A model generated the notes under the pieces. That model saw only the letters and a list, made by a program, of their open reading frames with translations. It had not been told where the DNA came from and made no database searches. Shown here in pieces: positions 37,743-47,994 of a DNA stretch of 64,000 nucleotides (positions are counted from its first letter, which is position 1; every line of letters starts with the position of its first letter). Origin of the DNA: Myxococcota bacterium (GTDB lineage Bacteria > Myxococcota_A > SURF-8); assembly GCA_963674735.2 (NCBI GenBank), contig CAXXQS010000002.1:2112001-2176000 (forward strand), in the 5' to 3' direction. The translations under genes were made by a program, and so were the position numbers.

Positions 37743-38428
37743 CGGAAACCGCCACGCACCTCGCCTCGCTTTACGCTCTTTTCTGCGCGGCCCTCACTCC
37801 GGCCGAAAGCGTGGTGTATGACCCCGATTTTTCCGATTCCACTCAGAACTGGTTGGCCTGCCTGGATGACCTGGGCGTACCGCTCCAGGTTCGCGGGACC
37901 ACTTCCGTGCGCGTGGGCGAAGCCGTGCCTGTTTTCCCCGTCAAGGAAATGGAAATCATGGACGACCCCGTCCTGGTTCGGCTGCTCGGCGGTCTCTCCC
38001 TGCTAAGCGGTGACCCGCTGCTGATCCACGGCGGCCCGAAACTCAGGCACCATTCTTTCGCCAAGCTGTTCGAAGTTCTGGAGGCGCTCGGCGTCGGAGT
38101 GGAGGCCGAGAACGGCGAATACTTGCCGGTTCGCCTCACGCGCCGTCGGCCCATCACTGCCGGGACCATCGTCGCGTTATCGCCCGAGGCGGCCCGCGAA
38201 GCCGGCGACGCCCTCCTGCTGACCGCCCCGGCGCTGCCCTTCGGCCTGGTCTTACGACCTGAAAATAATGATTTATTTCAACGGGTTCTGCTTCCATGTC
38301 TCACCGTTATGAAAACATTTGGCGCGCGCGTGTTCGAGGAACGGGACGGTCTGGTGGCCGTTTCACCGGGCGGATATCGACCCGCCGTCATGACCATTCC
38401 CCGCATGCTGGCAACTTCCTTGCATTAA
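37739..38428 (+). CDS. Degenerate single-lobe EPSP-synthase (AroA)-like protein, 229 aa
   Basis: Colinear with the AroA N-terminal lobe (ALFCAAL, LDDLGV, LEALGV...LPVRL, ALLLTAP, VMKTFGA, PGGY); catalytic motifs absent. Confidence 0.7.
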   Translation: MTETATHLASLYALFCAALTPAESVVYDPDFSDSTQNWLACLDDLGVPLQVRGTTSVRVGEAVPVFPVKEMEIMDDPVLVRLLGGLSLLSGDPLLIHGGPKLRHHSFAKLFEVLEALGVGVEAENGEYLPVRLTRRRPITAGTIVALSPEAAREAGDALLLTAPALPFGLVLRPENNDLFQRVLLPCLTVMKTFGARVFEERDGLVAVSPGGYRPAVMTIPRMLATSLH

Positions 38429-38512
38429 GCAGCGTGAAATGCTTGACAAAACCGGCGGTATAACTATCATTAATCGCCTTGTGACTCGGGGAGCTTTGGA
38501 AAGGATTCCCGC

Positions 38513-39064
38513 ATGAAACTCAAGCTGACCGAAATCCCCGAGGGCGGCCTTACGATCCAGGAAGAACTTCCGGTCGGTTGGCTGGTCGAACAAAGCGGCT
38601 TTGGTCCCGACGATCCGTATCGACCGACGGGTCCGGTGGTGCTGAACTTGAACGTAAGAAAAGCCAAACGGCAAGTCACTGTATCCGGTACGGCGACGGC
38701 GACCTTGGCGTTTGTGTGTTCGCATTGTGCCGAAGACGGCCTGCTGACGCCGACGGCGACTCTGCGTGAAACCTTTCTACCGGCCGACAAGTTCCGGCTG
38801 CCGGAAGGGCGCGCATTGGATCTGGAAGAGCAAGACTTCCAGAATGCGTTTTACGACAACGACGAGATCGAACTGGGTCGCTACGTGGCCGAAAGCATCG
38901 TGCTGGCCCTGCCCATGTTTCCCGTTTGCGAGCGTCCGGAATGCGCCGATGTGCCGGGCGATCACCGGGAGGACTGGGACGAGCCGGAGGCGCACAAGCG
39001 AGTGAACCCGATGTGGAAAGCGGGTCTGGCTCAGGTGAAAGACAAATTGAAGTTGAAAAAATAG
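38513..39064 (+). CDS. yceD: DUF177/YceD family protein
   Basis: CSHC, ESIVLALPMFPVC; upstream of rpmF. Confidence 0.9.
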   Translation: MKLKLTEIPEGGLTIQEELPVGWLVEQSGFGPDDPYRPTGPVVLNLNVRKAKRQVTVSGTATATLAFVCSHCAEDGLLTPTATLRETFLPADKFRLPEGRALDLEEQDFQNAFYDNDEIELGRYVAESIVLALPMFPVCERPECADVPGDHREDWDEPEAHKRVNPMWKAGLAQVKDKLKLKK

Positions 39065-39103
39065 CGGTACAAAACCGGTTCTGTATAGCGAAAGGAGTCC
39101 ATC

Positions 39104-39286
39104 GTGGCTGTCCCCAAGAAAGCGAAATCGAAATCGCGCCGTGACATGCGTCGCTCGCACGACGCCCTCAAGGCGGTCAACACCATCAATTGCCCCAACT
39201 GCGGCGAGGCCATGCGCCTGCATCGCATCTGCGGCAACTGCGGCTTCTACAAAGGGCGCGAAGTCATTCAACTCGAAGAAGACTAA
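39104..39286 (+). CDS. rpmF: 50S ribosomal protein L32
   Basis: MAVPKK...RRDMRRSH, CPNCG, HRICGNCGFYKG. Confidence 0.98.
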   Translation: MAVPKKAKSKSRRDMRRSHDALKAVNTINCPNCGEAMRLHRICGNCGFYKGREVIQLEED

Positions 39287-39314
39287 ACGCCACTGATCCG
39301 GAAAGGAGGCCGCG

Positions 39315-39758
39315 GTGATTGCATTAGCCAGTGATCACGGTGGATTCGCCCTGAAGGAGAAGGTCAAGGCCTGGCTGGCGCAACTCGGTCACGAGTGCCT
39401 GGACCTGGGCTGTCCCGATGAATCCTCGGTGGATTACCCCGACTATGCCGCCAAGCTGGCCGGGGCGATTGCGGAGAAGCGGGCGGAACGCGGCATTTTG
39501 ATCTGCGGTACGGGCATTGGTATGTCCATCGCGGTCAACAAATTCGCCGGGATCCGCGCCGCTTTGGTGCACGACGCCTTCACCGCCCGCATGTCTCGTC
39601 TGCATAACGACAGCAACGTGCTGGTGTTGGGCGGTCGCGTGTTGGGCGACGAAGTCGCCCGCGACATCGTCGGTCTGTGGCTGGAAACGCCATTCGAAGG
39701 CGACCGCCATCAGCGCCGTCTGGACAAAATCCACGCCTTTGACAAGCCCTGCGGCTGA
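39315..39758 (+). CDS. rpiB: Ribose-5-phosphate isomerase B
   Basis: SDHGG, SVDYPD, CGTGIG, HNDSN, FEGDRH. Confidence 0.97.
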   Translation: MIALASDHGGFALKEKVKAWLAQLGHECLDLGCPDESSVDYPDYAAKLAGAIAEKRAERGILICGTGIGMSIAVNKFAGIRAALVHDAFTARMSRLHNDSNVLVLGGRVLGDEVARDIVGLWLETPFEGDRHQRRLDKIHAFDKPCG

Positions 39759-39779
39759 TTCTGACGGCACGGAGATGTG

Positions 39780-40259
39780 ATGAAATGCCCGAAATGCGGA
39801 CATGACACTTCGGTGATCGATTCCCGCGTAACCCGGGAGGGGCGGGAGATTCGCCGTCGCCGTACCTGCGAGAACTGCAATTATCGCTTTACCACCTACG
39901 AGCGGCCGGAAGAGCGTCTGGTTTACATCGTCAAAAAAGATCAGCGCCGCGAACCTTTCAACCGCGACAAGATTTTCTCGGGCATGCACAAAGCCTGTGA
40001 AAAGCTGAATATTTCCAGCGACGACATCGATCAATCGGTGAACCGTCTCAATCGGCGTGTCCACGACCTCAACGTCGATGAAGTCGAATCGACGCGGATC
40101 GGCCAGTTTGTGATGGAAGCCTTATACGAGCTCGACGAAGTGGCCTACATTCGCTTTGCCTCGGTGTATCTACGTTTTCAGGACATCTCCGAATTTACGC
40201 GCCACGTGGAAGCGCTGCGCCGCAAGCGCAAGAAATCCGCCGCACAATCGAAGACCTGA
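39780..40259 (+). CDS. nrdR: Transcriptional repressor NrdR
   Basis: MKCPKC, VIDSR, IRRRRTC, RFTTYE, VAYIRFASVY. Confidence 0.98.
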   Translation: MKCPKCGHDTSVIDSRVTREGREIRRRRTCENCNYRFTTYERPEERLVYIVKKDQRREPFNRDKIFSGMHKACEKLNISSDDIDQSVNRLNRRVHDLNVDEVESTRIGQFVMEALYELDEVAYIRFASVYLRFQDISEFTRHVEALRRKRKKSAAQSKT

Positions 40260-40302
40260 AGCCACACCCGGTATCGATCCCGACGCTTCGAACGGAGAAC
40301 CC

Positions 40303-41469
40303 ATGCGTCCGCCCAGCGACAACCACGATCGCGCCCTGATGCGCCGCGCCCTCAAGCTTGCGCGCCGAGGAGCGGGATTCGTGTCGCCCAACCCGCTGGT
40401 GGGGGCCGTCATCGCGAAAAACGGGCGTGTCGTGGCCGAAGGCTACCACCATGCCTGCGGCGACGATCATGCCGAGGTGGATGCCCTCAAGAAACTCGAT
40501 TTCAAGGCCCCCGGCCTCGATTTATACGTAACTCTGGAGCCCTGCGTTCATCACGGCCACACTCCGCCCTGCACCGACGCCATCATCCGCGCCGGAATCC
40601 GGCGGGTCTGCGTGGCCATGGTCGACCCCAATCCGTTGGTGGCCGGAAAAGGCATCGCGAAACTGCGCCGGGCCGGTATCGAGGTCGAAGTCGGGCTTTT
40701 AGAAAACGATGCTCGGCGGCTCAACGAAGCGTTTATTTGCTTCATCAGCGCCCGCCGTCCTTTCGTGGTGGCCAAGGCCGCCCTGAGCCTCGATGGTCGG
40801 ATCGCTACCGCATCCGGTGACAGCGGCCAGAAAAGCGGCGGTATTTCGTCCCCCGAAGCCCATCGCTACGTGCAGGGGCTGCGGCATGATCTGGACGCCA
40901 TTCTGGTTGGGGCGGGCACCGTCACAGCCGACAACCCGCGCCTGACCTGCCGCCTCAATGGGCGTGTGCGTCAACCCCTGCGCATCGTGCTCGACGGCCA
41001 GGGGCTTTCGTCTCCGCAAGCGCAGGTGTTCGATAGCGCCGCCGCGCCCACTCTGGTGGCCACGACCCGCACCGCTTCGGCCGAGTGGCGCAAAGCCGTT
41101 TCTGCAAAAGGGGCGGAAGTGGTCGTTTTCAAAGGAAGAAAAGGTCGTTTGGATGTGCGCGACCTGTTGATGGAACTGGGTCGCCGCTGCATCGGCTCGC
41201 TGCTGGTGGAAGGCGGCGGACAGATTCTGGCGGCCTTTCTGGCAGCCGACTGCATCGACCGCCTCGATCTTCTCTATGCCCCGCGTCTGATCGGGGCGCT
41301 GGGTGTTCCGCTGATCGATACCGCGGGTCAGGCGACGCTGAGCGAGGCCTGGCGGCTCTCGCCGGGCCGTACGCGTCATTTGGGCCGCGATCTTCTGGTG
41401 CAGAGTTATCCGGAATCGCCGTGGATGGCGACGCCAGCGGCAGGAGGCCAGACATGTTTACCGGGCTGA
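40303..41469 (+). CDS. ribD: Bifunctional riboflavin deaminase/reductase
   Basis: PNPLVGAV, HAE, TLEPCVH...PPC, SLDGRIA, LVEGG. Confidence 0.97.
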   Translation: MRPPSDNHDRALMRRALKLARRGAGFVSPNPLVGAVIAKNGRVVAEGYHHACGDDHAEVDALKKLDFKAPGLDLYVTLEPCVHHGHTPPCTDAIIRAGIRRVCVAMVDPNPLVAGKGIAKLRRAGIEVEVGLLENDARRLNEAFICFISARRPFVVAKAALSLDGRIATASGDSGQKSGGISSPEAHRYVQGLRHDLDAILVGAGTVTADNPRLTCRLNGRVRQPLRIVLDGQGLSSPQAQVFDSAAAPTLVATTRTASAEWRKAVSAKGAEVVVFKGRKGRLDVRDLLMELGRRCIGSLLVEGGGQILAAFLAADCIDRLDLLYAPRLIGALGVPLIDTAGQATLSEAWRLSPGRTRHLGRDLLVQSYPESPWMATPAAGGQTCLPG

Positions 41470-42089
41470 TCGAAAATGTGGGGAAACTCAAAGGGATCGA
41501 ACGCCAAACCGACGGCCTGGTAGTGGAGATCGCCACCGCCATTCCCACCGGGGAACTGGCCATCGGCGACTCGGTCGCCTGCGACGGCGCTTGTCTGACG
41601 GTGGTGGCCACCACGGCGACGACTTTCAAAGCCGAACTCTCCCACGAAACCGTGGCGCGTACGAGCTGGAAAACCGCCGCCGTCGGTCGTCCGGTCAACC
41701 TGGAGCGCGCCCTCAAGCTCGGCGACCGCCTGGGCGGACACATCGTCAGCGGTCACATCGACGCGGTGGGACGGGTGGCGCGGTGCAATCCGCGCGGTCG
41801 CGCCCTCGACATCGTTATTCATTGCGAACACGAGATTCTGCGTTATATTGTCGAGAAGGGTTCGATCGCCATCGACGGCATCAGCCTGACCGTCAACACG
41901 GTGGATACGCAAGGTTTTCAGATTACCTTGATCCCCCACTCCCAAGGTGCAACCACGCTGGCCGACAAGCGGCCCGGCGATGTCGTCAACCTGGAGGCGG
42001 ATGTTTTAGGTAAGTATGTGGAAAAACTCATCATGAAGGACGGCAAAATCGACCGCACCTTCTTGGCCGAACACGGCTTTCTCAAATAA
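41454..42089 (+). CDS. ribE: Riboflavin synthase
   Basis: MFTGLIE, GACLTV, VNLERA, GGHIVSGHID, KGSIAIDGISLT. Confidence 0.97.
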   Translation: MFTGLIENVGKLKGIERQTDGLVVEIATAIPTGELAIGDSVACDGACLTVVATTATTFKAELSHETVARTSWKTAAVGRPVNLERALKLGDRLGGHIVSGHIDAVGRVARCNPRGRALDIVIHCEHEILRYIVEKGSIAIDGISLTVNTVDTQGFQITLIPHSQGATTLADKRPGDVVNLEADVLGKYVEKLIMKDGKIDRTFLAEHGFLK

Positions 42090-42102
42090 GCGGAGTTAAA
42101 CG

Positions 42103-43389
42103 ATGGACACCCAAGCAGTGGAACTCGCAATCGAACGGATACGCGAAGGCCGTATGGTCATTATGGTTGACGATGAAGACCGCGAAAACGAAGGTGATTT
42201 CGTTTTAGCGGCCGAGTTCACCACCCCTGAAGACATCAATTTCATGGCCACGCACGGTCGTGGTCTGATCTGCTTGTCGATGGATCTCAACCACGCCAAG
42301 CAGGTGGGGCTGACTCCCATGGTGCCGGCCGACCTCAACCGCGCCCGCTTCAACACCAATTTCACCGTCAGTATCGAGGCGGCTCGCGGCGTCACCACCG
42401 GCATCTCGGCGGCCGACCGCGCCACGACGATTCTCGCTGCCATCGCCGATGACGCCGCTCCCGAAGATATCGTCTCACCGGGGCATGTTTTCCCGATCGT
42501 AGCCCGCGAAGGCGGCGTGCTGGTGCGTACCGGACAAACCGAAGGCTCGGTGGATCTGGCACGTCTGGCCGACCTGAAACCGGCGGGTGTGATTTGCGAA
42601 ATCATGAATGAAGACGGCACCATGGCGCGTCGTCCGCAGCTTGAGATCGTATCCAAAAAATTCGACATTCCCATCGTTTCGGTGGCGGAGATCATCGCCT
42701 ACCGCATGCGCAAAGACCGCCTGATCCGGCGGGCCGCCGAATCCCGTCTGCCCACCGAGTTCGGCGGGGAATTCCGCGTCATTGCTTACGAAAACGATGT
42801 CGATAAGAAATCGCATCTGGCGCTGGTGAAGGGCGACGTCAACGACGGTAAACCGGTTTTGGTGCGCGTGCACTCCGAGTGCCTGACGGGCGACGTCTTC
42901 GGCAGCCTGCGCTGCGATTGCGGTCCGCAACTGCACGAGGCCATGCGTATGATCGAGCGCGAAGGCCATGGCGTCATTCTGTATTTGCGCCAGGAAGGCC
43001 GCGGCATCGGCATCGTCAACAAGATCCGCGCCTATCATTTGCAGGAGAACGGTGCCGATACGGTGGAAGCCAACATCAAGCTGGGCTTCAAGGAAGATTT
43101 GCGCGATTACGGCATCGGCGCGCAGATTCTGGCCGATTTGGGTCTCAAGCAGCTCAAACTGATGACCAACAACCCCAAAAAGGTCGTAGGTCTCGAAGGT
43201 TACGGGATGAAAGTGGTCGAGCGCGTGCCCATCGAAGTGGAACCGCAGCCCTTCAACCTGCGCTATCTGCAAACCAAAAAAGACAAGATGGGTCACAAGC
43301 TGCATTTCGAGGATAACCCGACAGCGGAAGCGACGGCCCAGGCTGAAAGTGAAGCTGAAAAAGCCGATCCCACGGGTTCGGAAGCCTGA
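42103..43389 (+). CDS. ribBA: DHBP synthase / GTP cyclohydrolase II
   Basis: DDEDRENEGD, TTGISAADR, RVHSECLTGD, RCDCG, QEGRGIG, TNNPKK. Confidence 0.98.
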   Translation: MDTQAVELAIERIREGRMVIMVDDEDRENEGDFVLAAEFTTPEDINFMATHGRGLICLSMDLNHAKQVGLTPMVPADLNRARFNTNFTVSIEAARGVTTGISAADRATTILAAIADDAAPEDIVSPGHVFPIVAREGGVLVRTGQTEGSVDLARLADLKPAGVICEIMNEDGTMARRPQLEIVSKKFDIPIVSVAEIIAYRMRKDRLIRRAAESRLPTEFGGEFRVIAYENDVDKKSHLALVKGDVNDGKPVLVRVHSECLTGDVFGSLRCDCGPQLHEAMRMIEREGHGVILYLRQEGRGIGIVNKIRAYHLQENGADTVEANIKLGFKEDLRDYGIGAQILADLGLKQLKLMTNNPKKVVGLEGYGMKVVERVPIEVEPQPFNLRYLQTKKDKMGHKLHFEDNPTAEATAQAESEAEKADPTGSEA

Positions 43390-43494
43390 TAGACGGAAAA
43401 GGAACGGATTTTGCCAGAAAATCCTTGCGTTTTGCGGTGATGTCATTTAATTTTCCACAACTGGATTTCCACCAGCCGGAAATTCGGAAACGTT

Positions 43495-43582
<88 letters not shown>

Positions 43583-43588
43583 GCGATC

Positions 43589-43617
43589 AACGCCGGCCCC
43601 TATGGGGTCGGCGTTTT
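43589..43617 (+). terminator. Terminator after tRNA-Ser
   Basis: aacgccggcccc-tat-ggggtcggcgtt plus T-run. Confidence 0.8.
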
Positions 43618-43748
43618 CGTTTGCTTTCCATAACGCCCTGAGTCATTTACACGGAATAATCCCTAACCAACCATGCTCCCAACATAAGCAAATGCTGACA
43701 AAGTCTAGCAGGTTTATCAACATTCACGTCATTCGGTGAGGCTCTCTG

Positions 43749-45332
43749 ATGAAAAACCATGTGTCACTGGAAGAGGTCGGGCTGCAGAATTACAAATCGG
43801 TGTTTCACAACACCCCCATTCCTCTGTTGATGGAAGAAGCGTTGAAGCGCGGCGAAGGCGTTTTGGCTTATAACGGCGCACTGCTGGTGCAGACCGGCGA
43901 ACGTACCGGCCGCTCGCCCAACGACAAGTACGTCGTCAAGCAGGCTCCCTCCTCCGAAAATATCTGGTGGAGCGATATCAATATTCCGACCGATGCGGAA
44001 ACCTTCGATCGCCTGTATGCCAAGGTTTCCACCTACATGCAGGGGCGCGACCTGTTCGTGTTCGACGGTTTTTCCGGGGCCGATCCCAATCACCGGCTGC
44101 CGATTCGTATCGTTTCTCCCATGGCGTGGCACGGAATCTTCTCCGAGACCCTGTTCGTGCGTCCCACTCCCGAGGAACTGGCCGACCATAAGCCGGAATT
44201 CACGGTGGTCATGGCCAACGACTGCTTCATGGACCCGGAAGCGGACGGTATCAATTCGAAGGTGTTCGTAGGTTTGAACTTCGAAAAACGTCTGGTGGTG
44301 ATCGCGGGTAGCGGCTATGCCGGGGAGATCAAAAAATCGATTTTCACCGTCATGAACTACCTGTTGCCCCAGAAGGGCGTCATGACCATGCATTGCTCCG
44401 CCAATCAAGGCGAAGACAAGCGTGTGGCGCTGTTCTTCGGTCTGTCGGGCACCGGCAAGACCACCCTCTCGGCCGATCCGACGCGCCACCTGATCGGGGA
44501 CGACGAACACGGCTGGACCGACGAGGGCGTCTTCAATTTCGAGGGCGGCTGCTATGCCAAGTGCATCAAGCTGAGCCCCGAAAACGAGCCGCAGATCTAC
44601 AACGCCATCCGTTTCGGTTCGGTGCTCGAAAACGTGGATTACGATCCCGATACGCGCAAAGCGGATTACGACAGCGACCGCATTACCGAAAATTCGCGCG
44701 TCACCTATCCGGTGACCTACATTCCCAATTGCATTCTGGAGGGAAAAGGCGGACATCCCTCCGACATCTTCTTCCTCACCGCCGACGCCTTCGGCGTGCT
44801 GCCTCCGATTTCGCGTCTGGACGGCCCGCACGCCATGTACCATTTCCTGTCGGGTTACACGGCCAAACTGGCGGGTACCGAGGCGGGCATCACCGAGCCC
44901 AAAGCCACATTCTCGGCCTGCTTCGGCGAGCCTTTTATGCCCCTTCATCCGGCCAAGTATGCGGAATTGTTGGGTGAACGCATTGCCAAGCACAACGTCC
45001 GCGTGTGGTTGGTCAACACCGGCTGGACCGGCGGTCCCTACGGCGACGGCCACCGCATGTCCATCAAGCACACCCGTGCTTTGTTGAATGCCGCTCTCAC
45101 CGGCCAACTGGACGAAGTGAGCTATCGCAAGGATCCCATTTTCGGTATCGAGGTTCCCGAAAGCTGCCCCGAGGTGCCCAGCGACGTGCTCAACCCGCGT
45201 GACACCTGGAAGGACAAGGCCGCGTACGACAAGAAAGCCGACTACTTGGCGGGTCTGTTCATCGAGAACTTCCGTAAGTATGCGGACCAGGCCGGGGCCG
45301 ATATCCAGGCCGCCTCGCCGCTGCGCAAGTAA
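43749..45332 (+). CDS. pckA: Phosphoenolpyruvate carboxykinase (ATP)
   Basis: TGRSPNDK, YAGEIKK, MHCSAN, GLSGTGKTTLS, IGDDEHGW, NFEGGCYAK. Confidence 0.98.
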   Translation: MKNHVSLEEVGLQNYKSVFHNTPIPLLMEEALKRGEGVLAYNGALLVQTGERTGRSPNDKYVVKQAPSSENIWWSDINIPTDAETFDRLYAKVSTYMQGRDLFVFDGFSGADPNHRLPIRIVSPMAWHGIFSETLFVRPTPEELADHKPEFTVVMANDCFMDPEADGINSKVFVGLNFEKRLVVIAGSGYAGEIKKSIFTVMNYLLPQKGVMTMHCSANQGEDKRVALFFGLSGTGKTTLSADPTRHLIGDDEHGWTDEGVFNFEGGCYAKCIKLSPENEPQIYNAIRFGSVLENVDYDPDTRKADYDSDRITENSRVTYPVTYIPNCILEGKGGHPSDIFFLTADAFGVLPPISRLDGPHAMYHFLSGYTAKLAGTEAGITEPKATFSACFGEPFMPLHPAKYAELLGERIAKHNVRVWLVNTGWTGGPYGDGHRMSIKHTRALLNAALTGQLDEVSYRKDPIFGIEVPESCPEVPSDVLNPRDTWKDKAAYDKKADYLAGLFIENFRKYADQAGADIQAASPLRK

Positions 45333-45355
45333 GGAAGCTTCCCCATATTTAAACG

Positions 45356-45383
45356 AAACCGGGTCCGATGGCCCGGTTTTTTT
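45356..45383 (+). terminator. Terminator after pckA
   Basis: aaaccgggtc-cgat-ggcccggttt plus T-run. Confidence 0.82.
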
Positions 45384-45407
45384 CGTTGGGAAAAGGAGTT
45401 TACGTGG

Positions 45408-46130
45408 CTACGCAAGTGATTGAGTGGCCAGTCCGGATTTGGGACACATGTCATCGAGCGGACAGCTTTCGCAACGGGGGCGCGGCTTGCAGTACGTCGC
45501 GCCCAACGCGACCAGTTGTGCGTGGTAGTCGTTGAAAAGGGCGACATCGAGCGGCAGATGGGTGGTGAAAAAGGCTTGTAAGTGGCGGTAATCGCTTTCC
45601 GGCGGGCACAGCCCGAGGCGTCCGGCGATGCGGCGCGTGTAGGCGTCGCATACGAAGAGCGGACGATCGAAGGCGTAAAGCAGGATGGAGTCGGCGGTTT
45701 CCGGGCCTACTCCGTAGACGGCCAACAGCTTTTCCCGAAAGGTCGCGTCCGTTTCCTCGGCGAAGGCGGAGAAGTTGGAACCGCCTTGCTCCACGAGAAA
45801 TCGGACCAGCGCCTTCAAGCGGCGGGTTTTCAAATTGAAATAGCCTGACGGCTTGATCAGCGAGGCCAATTCCGTATCGTCCAGGGCCATTAATTTCGCA
45901 GGCGATAACGCTCCGGCTGTTTTGAGATTGGCGATGGCTTTTTCGACATTCGACCAGGCGGTATTTTGCGTGAGAACCGCCCCCACGCACACCTCGAAGG
46001 GACTCTCGGCGGGCCACCAGCGGCGCGGACCGAAATGGGCGAGCAGGCGGTCATAAACGGAGCGAACCCGCCGGGTGGTGGCGGGTCCGTTGCGATTTAT
46101 TTGGGGCCTTTTCGCGGAGGCCGCAGACAT
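45408..46130 (-). CDS. Endonuclease III-related HhH-GPD protein
   Basis: WWPAESPFEVCVGAVLTQNTAW, GVGPETADSILLYA, C-x5-C-x2-C-x5-C Fe-S-type cluster; start uncertain. Confidence 0.9.
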   Translation of the reverse strand: MSAASAKRPQINRNGPATTRRVRSVYDRLLAHFGPRRWWPAESPFEVCVGAVLTQNTAWSNVEKAIANLKTAGALSPAKLMALDDTELASLIKPSGYFNLKTRRLKALVRFLVEQGGSNFSAFAEETDATFREKLLAVYGVGPETADSILLYAFDRPLFVCDAYTRRIAGRLGLCPPESDYRHLQAFFTTHLPLDVALFNDYHAQLVALGATYCKPRPRCESCPLDDMCPKSGLATQSLA

Positions 46131-46143
46131 GATAACGGTGTGC

Positions 46144-47349
46144 CTAGCGACCGAAAGCGGAGCCTTGGGCTTTGTTTTCACGTGCTTTGATCTGCCGCAC
46201 CACTTCCAGAATTTCGATTTTGATCATCTCCATTTCTTCGGATTTCATCTTGGCGGCGTCCATGGCCTTGTAAAGCTTGACGAAAGTCGACAGCGCATCT
46301 TCGTTCATATCGGGCGACAGATACTGCGCCCAGGCCTTTTTGTAGAGGATACGGTAGTAGGTTTTACCGGGTTGATAGTATTTAAATGCCAGATCGTAAT
46401 AGTTGACCGCCGTGGTGAAGTGATCGTAGCTGGTGGGGGTTTCGAACTCGAATTCGGCCAGACGGAAATACGTGTCGCCCAGGTAGCGGCTGTTCGGGTA
46501 ATCTTTGATCAATTCCTTGTAAAGGTAAAGGGCGTCTTCGGTCATACCCAGTTCCATCTTGCAGACGGCCATCAGGCGAATGACGCGGTCCATGTACTCG
46601 AATTCGGGGAAGCGCGTGCGAATTTCCTCGGTGGCCGCCAGGATGATTTCGTAGTTCGACTTGAATTCCCGCTGCACCGTCACCGACGGCGTGCCGCTGG
46701 GTTTGGGGGTCTGGACGGGCTCCGGCTCGGCCTTGACATCGGCCTTGGTGTCGGTCGGGGCTTCGGCAGACGCTTCGGCAGACGCTTCGGAAGCGGCTTC
46801 AGGGGTCGCCTCGTCGGCCGGCGCATCGGCGGGCTTTTCGATCGGGGCGGTGGCGGTTTCGATCAACGCCGGGGGCTGTCCGCGCAACCCGTAAAGCTCT
46901 TGGGCCATGAACAGCAGCACGTAAGGATCCCCGTCGTTTTTGAGACTTTCCCGCACCAGAAACAGAAAGGCTTTGCGTAATTCGGCGAGTTCGCTATTGA
47001 GAGCGGCCAGCTTGGTTTGGAAATCCCGATGTGCGGTGTCGATGCGGGCCTGCTTGTTGAGGGCGTCGAGCGGTTCTGTCACCACGGACTGAATGGAGTC
47101 GTCGAGAGACTTTTCCAGCGCCGCCAATTCGGCCGGGTAGCGCAGCAAGGATTTGTGCGCCTGGTAAAGGGCCGGGTCGCTTTCGTTGATTCGTTCGGGA
47201 AATTCAATGAGTTCCGGACGGAATTCATGCGTATACTGCAATCCGGGGGCTTTGATGGCCAGCGCCGTCAGGGGTACAAGCAAGATCAGGGCGGCCAGTA
47301 TCAGGCCCGCCATCCGTTTCCGTTGATTCGTCCACGCTTGGTGTCGCAT
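46144..47349 (-). CDS. Exported tetratricopeptide-repeat protein
   Basis: Signal peptide, Ala/Glu/Pro linker, YKELIKDYPNSRY...YFRLAE, YKKAWAQY TPR motifs; AAGGAG RBS. Confidence 0.82.
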   Translation of the reverse strand: MRHQAWTNQRKRMAGLILAALILLVPLTALAIKAPGLQYTHEFRPELIEFPERINESDPALYQAHKSLLRYPAELAALEKSLDDSIQSVVTEPLDALNKQARIDTAHRDFQTKLAALNSELAELRKAFLFLVRESLKNDGDPYVLLFMAQELYGLRGQPPALIETATAPIEKPADAPADEATPEAASEASAEASAEAPTDTKADVKAEPEPVQTPKPSGTPSVTVQREFKSNYEIILAATEEIRTRFPEFEYMDRVIRLMAVCKMELGMTEDALYLYKELIKDYPNSRYLGDTYFRLAEFEFETPTSYDHFTTAVNYYDLAFKYYQPGKTYYRILYKKAWAQYLSPDMNEDALSTFVKLYKAMDAAKMKSEEMEMIKIEILEVVRQIKARENKAQGSAFGR

Positions 47350-47592
47350 CGCCACTCCTTCTCGATTCATCCACCCCGTAAACCGAAACCGCTCGCCGGT
47401 GCATCGGGGAGCGCACCAGTGTAAGCTTGGTAGATTCTCCTACAAAGTGGGGCAACGGTAGCATCGGGTCCGGCGCAGTGTCAAGAGTTTTCGGGTCGTT
47501 GAACGGCCAATTCATTAGAAAATCCTTGACCTTGCACCGCCGACGCAGGTAGCTTGGCGTGAGTTGCGAAATCGGATGTCAAGGAGGCAATT

Positions 47593-47970
47593 ATGCCGCG
47601 TGGTTTATCCGTCGTGTTGGTACTGCTGCTTTTTCTGACCGCTTTCGCTCCCGAGGCGGCGGCGAAAACCAAGCGGGATTTCGATGTTAATTACGACATC
47701 CTCTATTACACCTGCGTGCGCCTGATCCGTGTCGACATGAACTGGAAGATTGTCGACAAGGATAAGGAAGCGGGCTACATCCTGTTCGAGTTCAGCGCCA
47801 AAGACATCCCGCCCACGCGCGCGTCGGTGGAATTGCTGCGTTCCGCCGCCCCTGCCAAAAAGAACGCGCCGGATCCGATCACCGTGCAGGTGACTGTCGG
47901 TGCCGCCAGCAGCATCGAAGAGCGCATGTTCTTATCCGATCTATCGAAGAAACTCAAAGAAGAAAATTAA
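47593..47970 (+). CDS. Exported hypothetical protein
   Basis: AAGGAGG RBS, signal peptide, host-like codon usage. Confidence 0.8.
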   Translation: MPRGLSVVLVLLLFLTAFAPEAAAKTKRDFDVNYDILYYTCVRLIRVDMNWKIVDKDKEAGYILFEFSAKDIPPTRASVELLRSAAPAKKNAPDPITVQVTVGAASSIEERMFLSDLSKKLKEEN

Positions 47971-47994
47971 GCCGCGCTCGTTTGTCGACCGTTT

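Noticed and set aside
39759-40302. FMN riboswitch before rib genes
   Set aside because: Intergenic gaps are too short and lack RFN consensus motifs.
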